Below, piece by piece: positions 61,861 through 64,000 of a stretch of 64,000 nucleotides of DNA. The position numbers and the translations under genes were made by a program. Source of the stretch: Lama glama (Eukaryota); the NCBI GenBank assembly GCA_028534125.1, contig CM052817.1, positions 100,380,001 to 100,444,000 of the forward strand, in the 5' to 3' direction. Position 1 is the first letter of the stretch; every line of letters begins with the position of its first letter. The notes under the pieces were generated by a model that searched no databases, was not told the origin of the DNA, and saw only the letters and a program-made list of their open reading frames with translations.

Positions 61861-62242
61861 AGCTTTAAAATTCATATGAAATTACAAATTTATGGTAGTC
61901 ATTCTGCAATCAAAGCTATTTTGCTTACATGTAGAATTCTGGTTTTTACTGTTCTTCCTTTGTGCATTTTCTAATCTCTATTTTTACTGCCCTGCTTTTA
62001 ATGCTGTAATAAGCCAGCTATATTCTCCAGTCAGGCACTCCGTGTGTGTGGGTTTAAGTCATAGTTGTGCACAGAAAATGATTCCTACAGCACAAAAAAT
62101 GCAGGTACCATTGCCTGATCCCACTCATACTCTGTTCCTCCACCCCTTCATGCTGTTCCCTCAGGCAGGACCAGATTCCCCACTTACCTCTGACAAACCC
62201 AATCCTACATTTTTTTCTACTCTTTCAAAAATTCTGTTCCTG

Positions 62243-62407
62243 CAAAGTCCTACTGTGTAGCACAGGGAACTATATTCAATATCCTGTAGTAACCTACATT
62301 GAAAAAGAGTATGAAAAGGAATATATGTATGTATCTGTATGACTGAAAAATTATGCTGTACACCAGAAATTGACACAACATTGTAAACCAGCTATACTTC
62401 AATTAAA
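62243..62407 (+). mobile_element. Very short young L1 3' end
   Basis: 'cctactgtgtagcacagggaactatattcaatatc...ctatacttcaattaaaaaa'; 16-bp TSD with 1 mismatch at 62227-62242 and 62408-62423. Confidence 0.93.
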
Positions 62408-62835
62408 AAAAATTTTGTTCCTGTAAGAAACCTTACACAACTCAGTTCATCCATGCATTCACAAAATAAGTATTGAACACAGTCCACACACCAGGGGCTG
62501 TGCTCAGGACTGGAGTCACAACCACAAACACTCCCAGACCCGGCCCTTCCTTTGAGAATAGAGTCTCCCACACAGCAGGTTGGGGGCGGTTGTAAGTAAG
62601 CCCAAGTATTGATTGTCAGCCCTGGGATTGGCTGCCGTAGCTTGCTTAGTGGGGAGCAGGGATTTACAGTGCCAAGGGGGATACTAACCAGTAATTGTCA
62701 CAGCGGTAGTAATTGTTACATCACACAGTAGTCTGTGTTATAGATAATGCATGTATACATGTGTGCAGGTATGGGCATGTATGTACACCTGCCATAAATC
62801 ACTGCAATTCCCTTAACAAGCAAGCATTATCTAGA

Positions 62836-63215
62836 GCAGCCAACGTTTATTGAGGACAGAGTACGTGCCAGGCCCCCGTCGAAGTTCTTTTACACGTACA
62901 ACCTCTTTGTTCCTCACAGTAGCCCTGAGTTGTATGTATCATCATTATCCCCATTTTAGAGAAGAAAAAACAGTGATAAAGGGAAGGTAAGCAATTTACC
63001 ATAAGATTACAAAGCTCACCACAGGGACTATAGCTAGTATTTTATAATAACTTTAAATGGAGTATAAGCTATAAAAGTATTGAATCACTATGTTGCACAC
63101 TTGAAACTAATATAATATTGTAAGTCAACTGTACTTTAATTTAAAAAAAAAAGATTACAAAACAAGCAAATGATGGGTCTTGGTTTCAAACCCAGAAGTC
63201 TGACTTCAGAGCTCT
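62836..63215 (-). mobile_element. MIR SINE interrupted by an L1
   Basis: 'gccaacgtttattgag...gtgccaggc...cattatccccattttag...aggtaagcaatttacc' and 'ggtttcaaacccagaagtctgacttcagagc'. Confidence 0.85.
63014..63150 (+). mobile_element. Very short L1 3' end nested in a MIR
   Basis: 'gaatcactatgttgcacacttgaaactaatataatattgtaagtcaactgtact' plus A tail; TSD aagattacaaa at 63003-63013 and 63151-63161. Confidence 0.9.
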
Positions 63216-63289
63216 GCTCACATCGTTGATTGCCAATTATTGACTCTGAGATCGCTGGGTAGTGAGTGTAGGCCAGGGAAGGTTCCAGC

Positions 63290-63860
63290 GTGATGAAGGA
63301 CAGCAGGGAGCACTGGCCCCTTCTCAGGGAGTTACAGGAGACTCCCTAGAAGGAGGAGAACCTAAGCTGACACTGAAGAGGAATTGGAGGTGAGCTGGCA
63401 AGGAGGTGAGGAGTGAGGAGAAGACGCGCTGTGAGGTCAGGGAAGCAAGGCAGGTTCTACAGGAAACCTGGGGCGTGGGGGCTGGACTTTGTACACCAAA
63501 CTAAAGGGTCTGGACTTTTTCTTTTTCTTTCTTTCTTTTTTTTTAAAACAGTTCTTTTTTAGGGGGTGGGTAATGAGGTTTATTTATTTCTTTCTTTATT
63601 TTGATGTAGGTACTAGGGATTGAACCCAGGACCTCAGATATGCTGAGCATACACTCTAGACTGAGCTAGACACTCCCCCTTGGACTTTTTCTTAAGTTTA
63701 AGGGAAACACCACAGTCAGATTTGCATTTAGAGCAATCCTCTGCTATATCAATATGGAGAACGGGTTGGAAGGAGCCAGACGGCAGACATGGAGATGGGG
63801 TATCCCACGTCACAGGGAACTGGGGACAGGGGACAGGACCACGACCTAGGTGGGGCCACG
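63290..63860 (-). mobile_element. L2 fragment interrupted by a SINE
   Basis: 'ggagactccctagaaggaggagaacctaagctgacactgaag'; 'gtcagatttgcatttagag...atatggagaacgggttgga'. Confidence 0.65.
63524..63680 (-). mobile_element. tRNA-Ala-derived SINE (camelid vic-1 type), long form
   Basis: Reverse complement reads 'ggggagtgtctagctcagtctagagtgtatgctcagcatatctgaggtcctgggttcaatccctagtacc...aaataaataaacctcattaccc...A-rich'; perfect 13-bp TSD tggactttttctt at 63511-63523 and 63681-63693. Confidence 0.9.
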
Positions 63861-64000
63861 AGGGCACAGACAACCATCGTCTTCTCCTCTTGCATTTCCT
63901 CTGCATCTCGGTGTGAGGGCTCTGCCGCGCTAGTTTGTACTTGCTTAAACAATGCCTGTGAGCTGGTGGTCCGTCCGGTTGTTCCTGTTTATGTGTCTCG

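Noticed and set aside
1..64000. ORF track entries as protein-coding genes (e.g. 11209-11763, 7502-7978, 35979-36572)
   Set aside because: No recognisable domains or consistent exon structure; many start at non-ATG codons, overlap on both strands, or lie in repeats or low-complexity DNA.

Overview
Mammalian non-coding genomic DNA (intergenic or deep intronic), most likely from a camelid (alpaca, vicuna or camel). That inference rests on two tRNA-Ala-derived vic-1-type SINEs and several young cetartiodactyl-type L1 3' ends. I find no supportable protein-coding gene, rRNA, genuine tRNA or CRISPR array; the listed ORFs are chance ORFs or repeat-derived. Much of the window is interspersed repeat: one ~5.9 kb old L1 on the minus strand, 5'-truncated young L1s (several with target-site duplications, TSDs), L2, MIR, MaLR/ERVL solo LTRs and hAT-Charlie DNA transposon fossils. 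The most notable observations are: (1) a very ancient L2/Crack-like reverse-transcriptase fossil at ~28.25-28.95 kb with a readable YADD motif that the ORF track misses; (2) a ~105 bp locally templated inverted duplication inserted in an MLT1 LTR (40.65/41.5 kb); (3) an L1 copy with a template-switch hairpin and a prematurely ended 3' end; (4) a Charlie transposase C-terminal fossil; (5) a small CpG-rich promoter-like patch at 1.4-1.7 kb. I do not see evidence for a new multi-gene system. Repeat subfamily names come from my recall of consensus sequences and need RepeatMasker/Dfam confirmation. Boundaries without TSDs are approximate.
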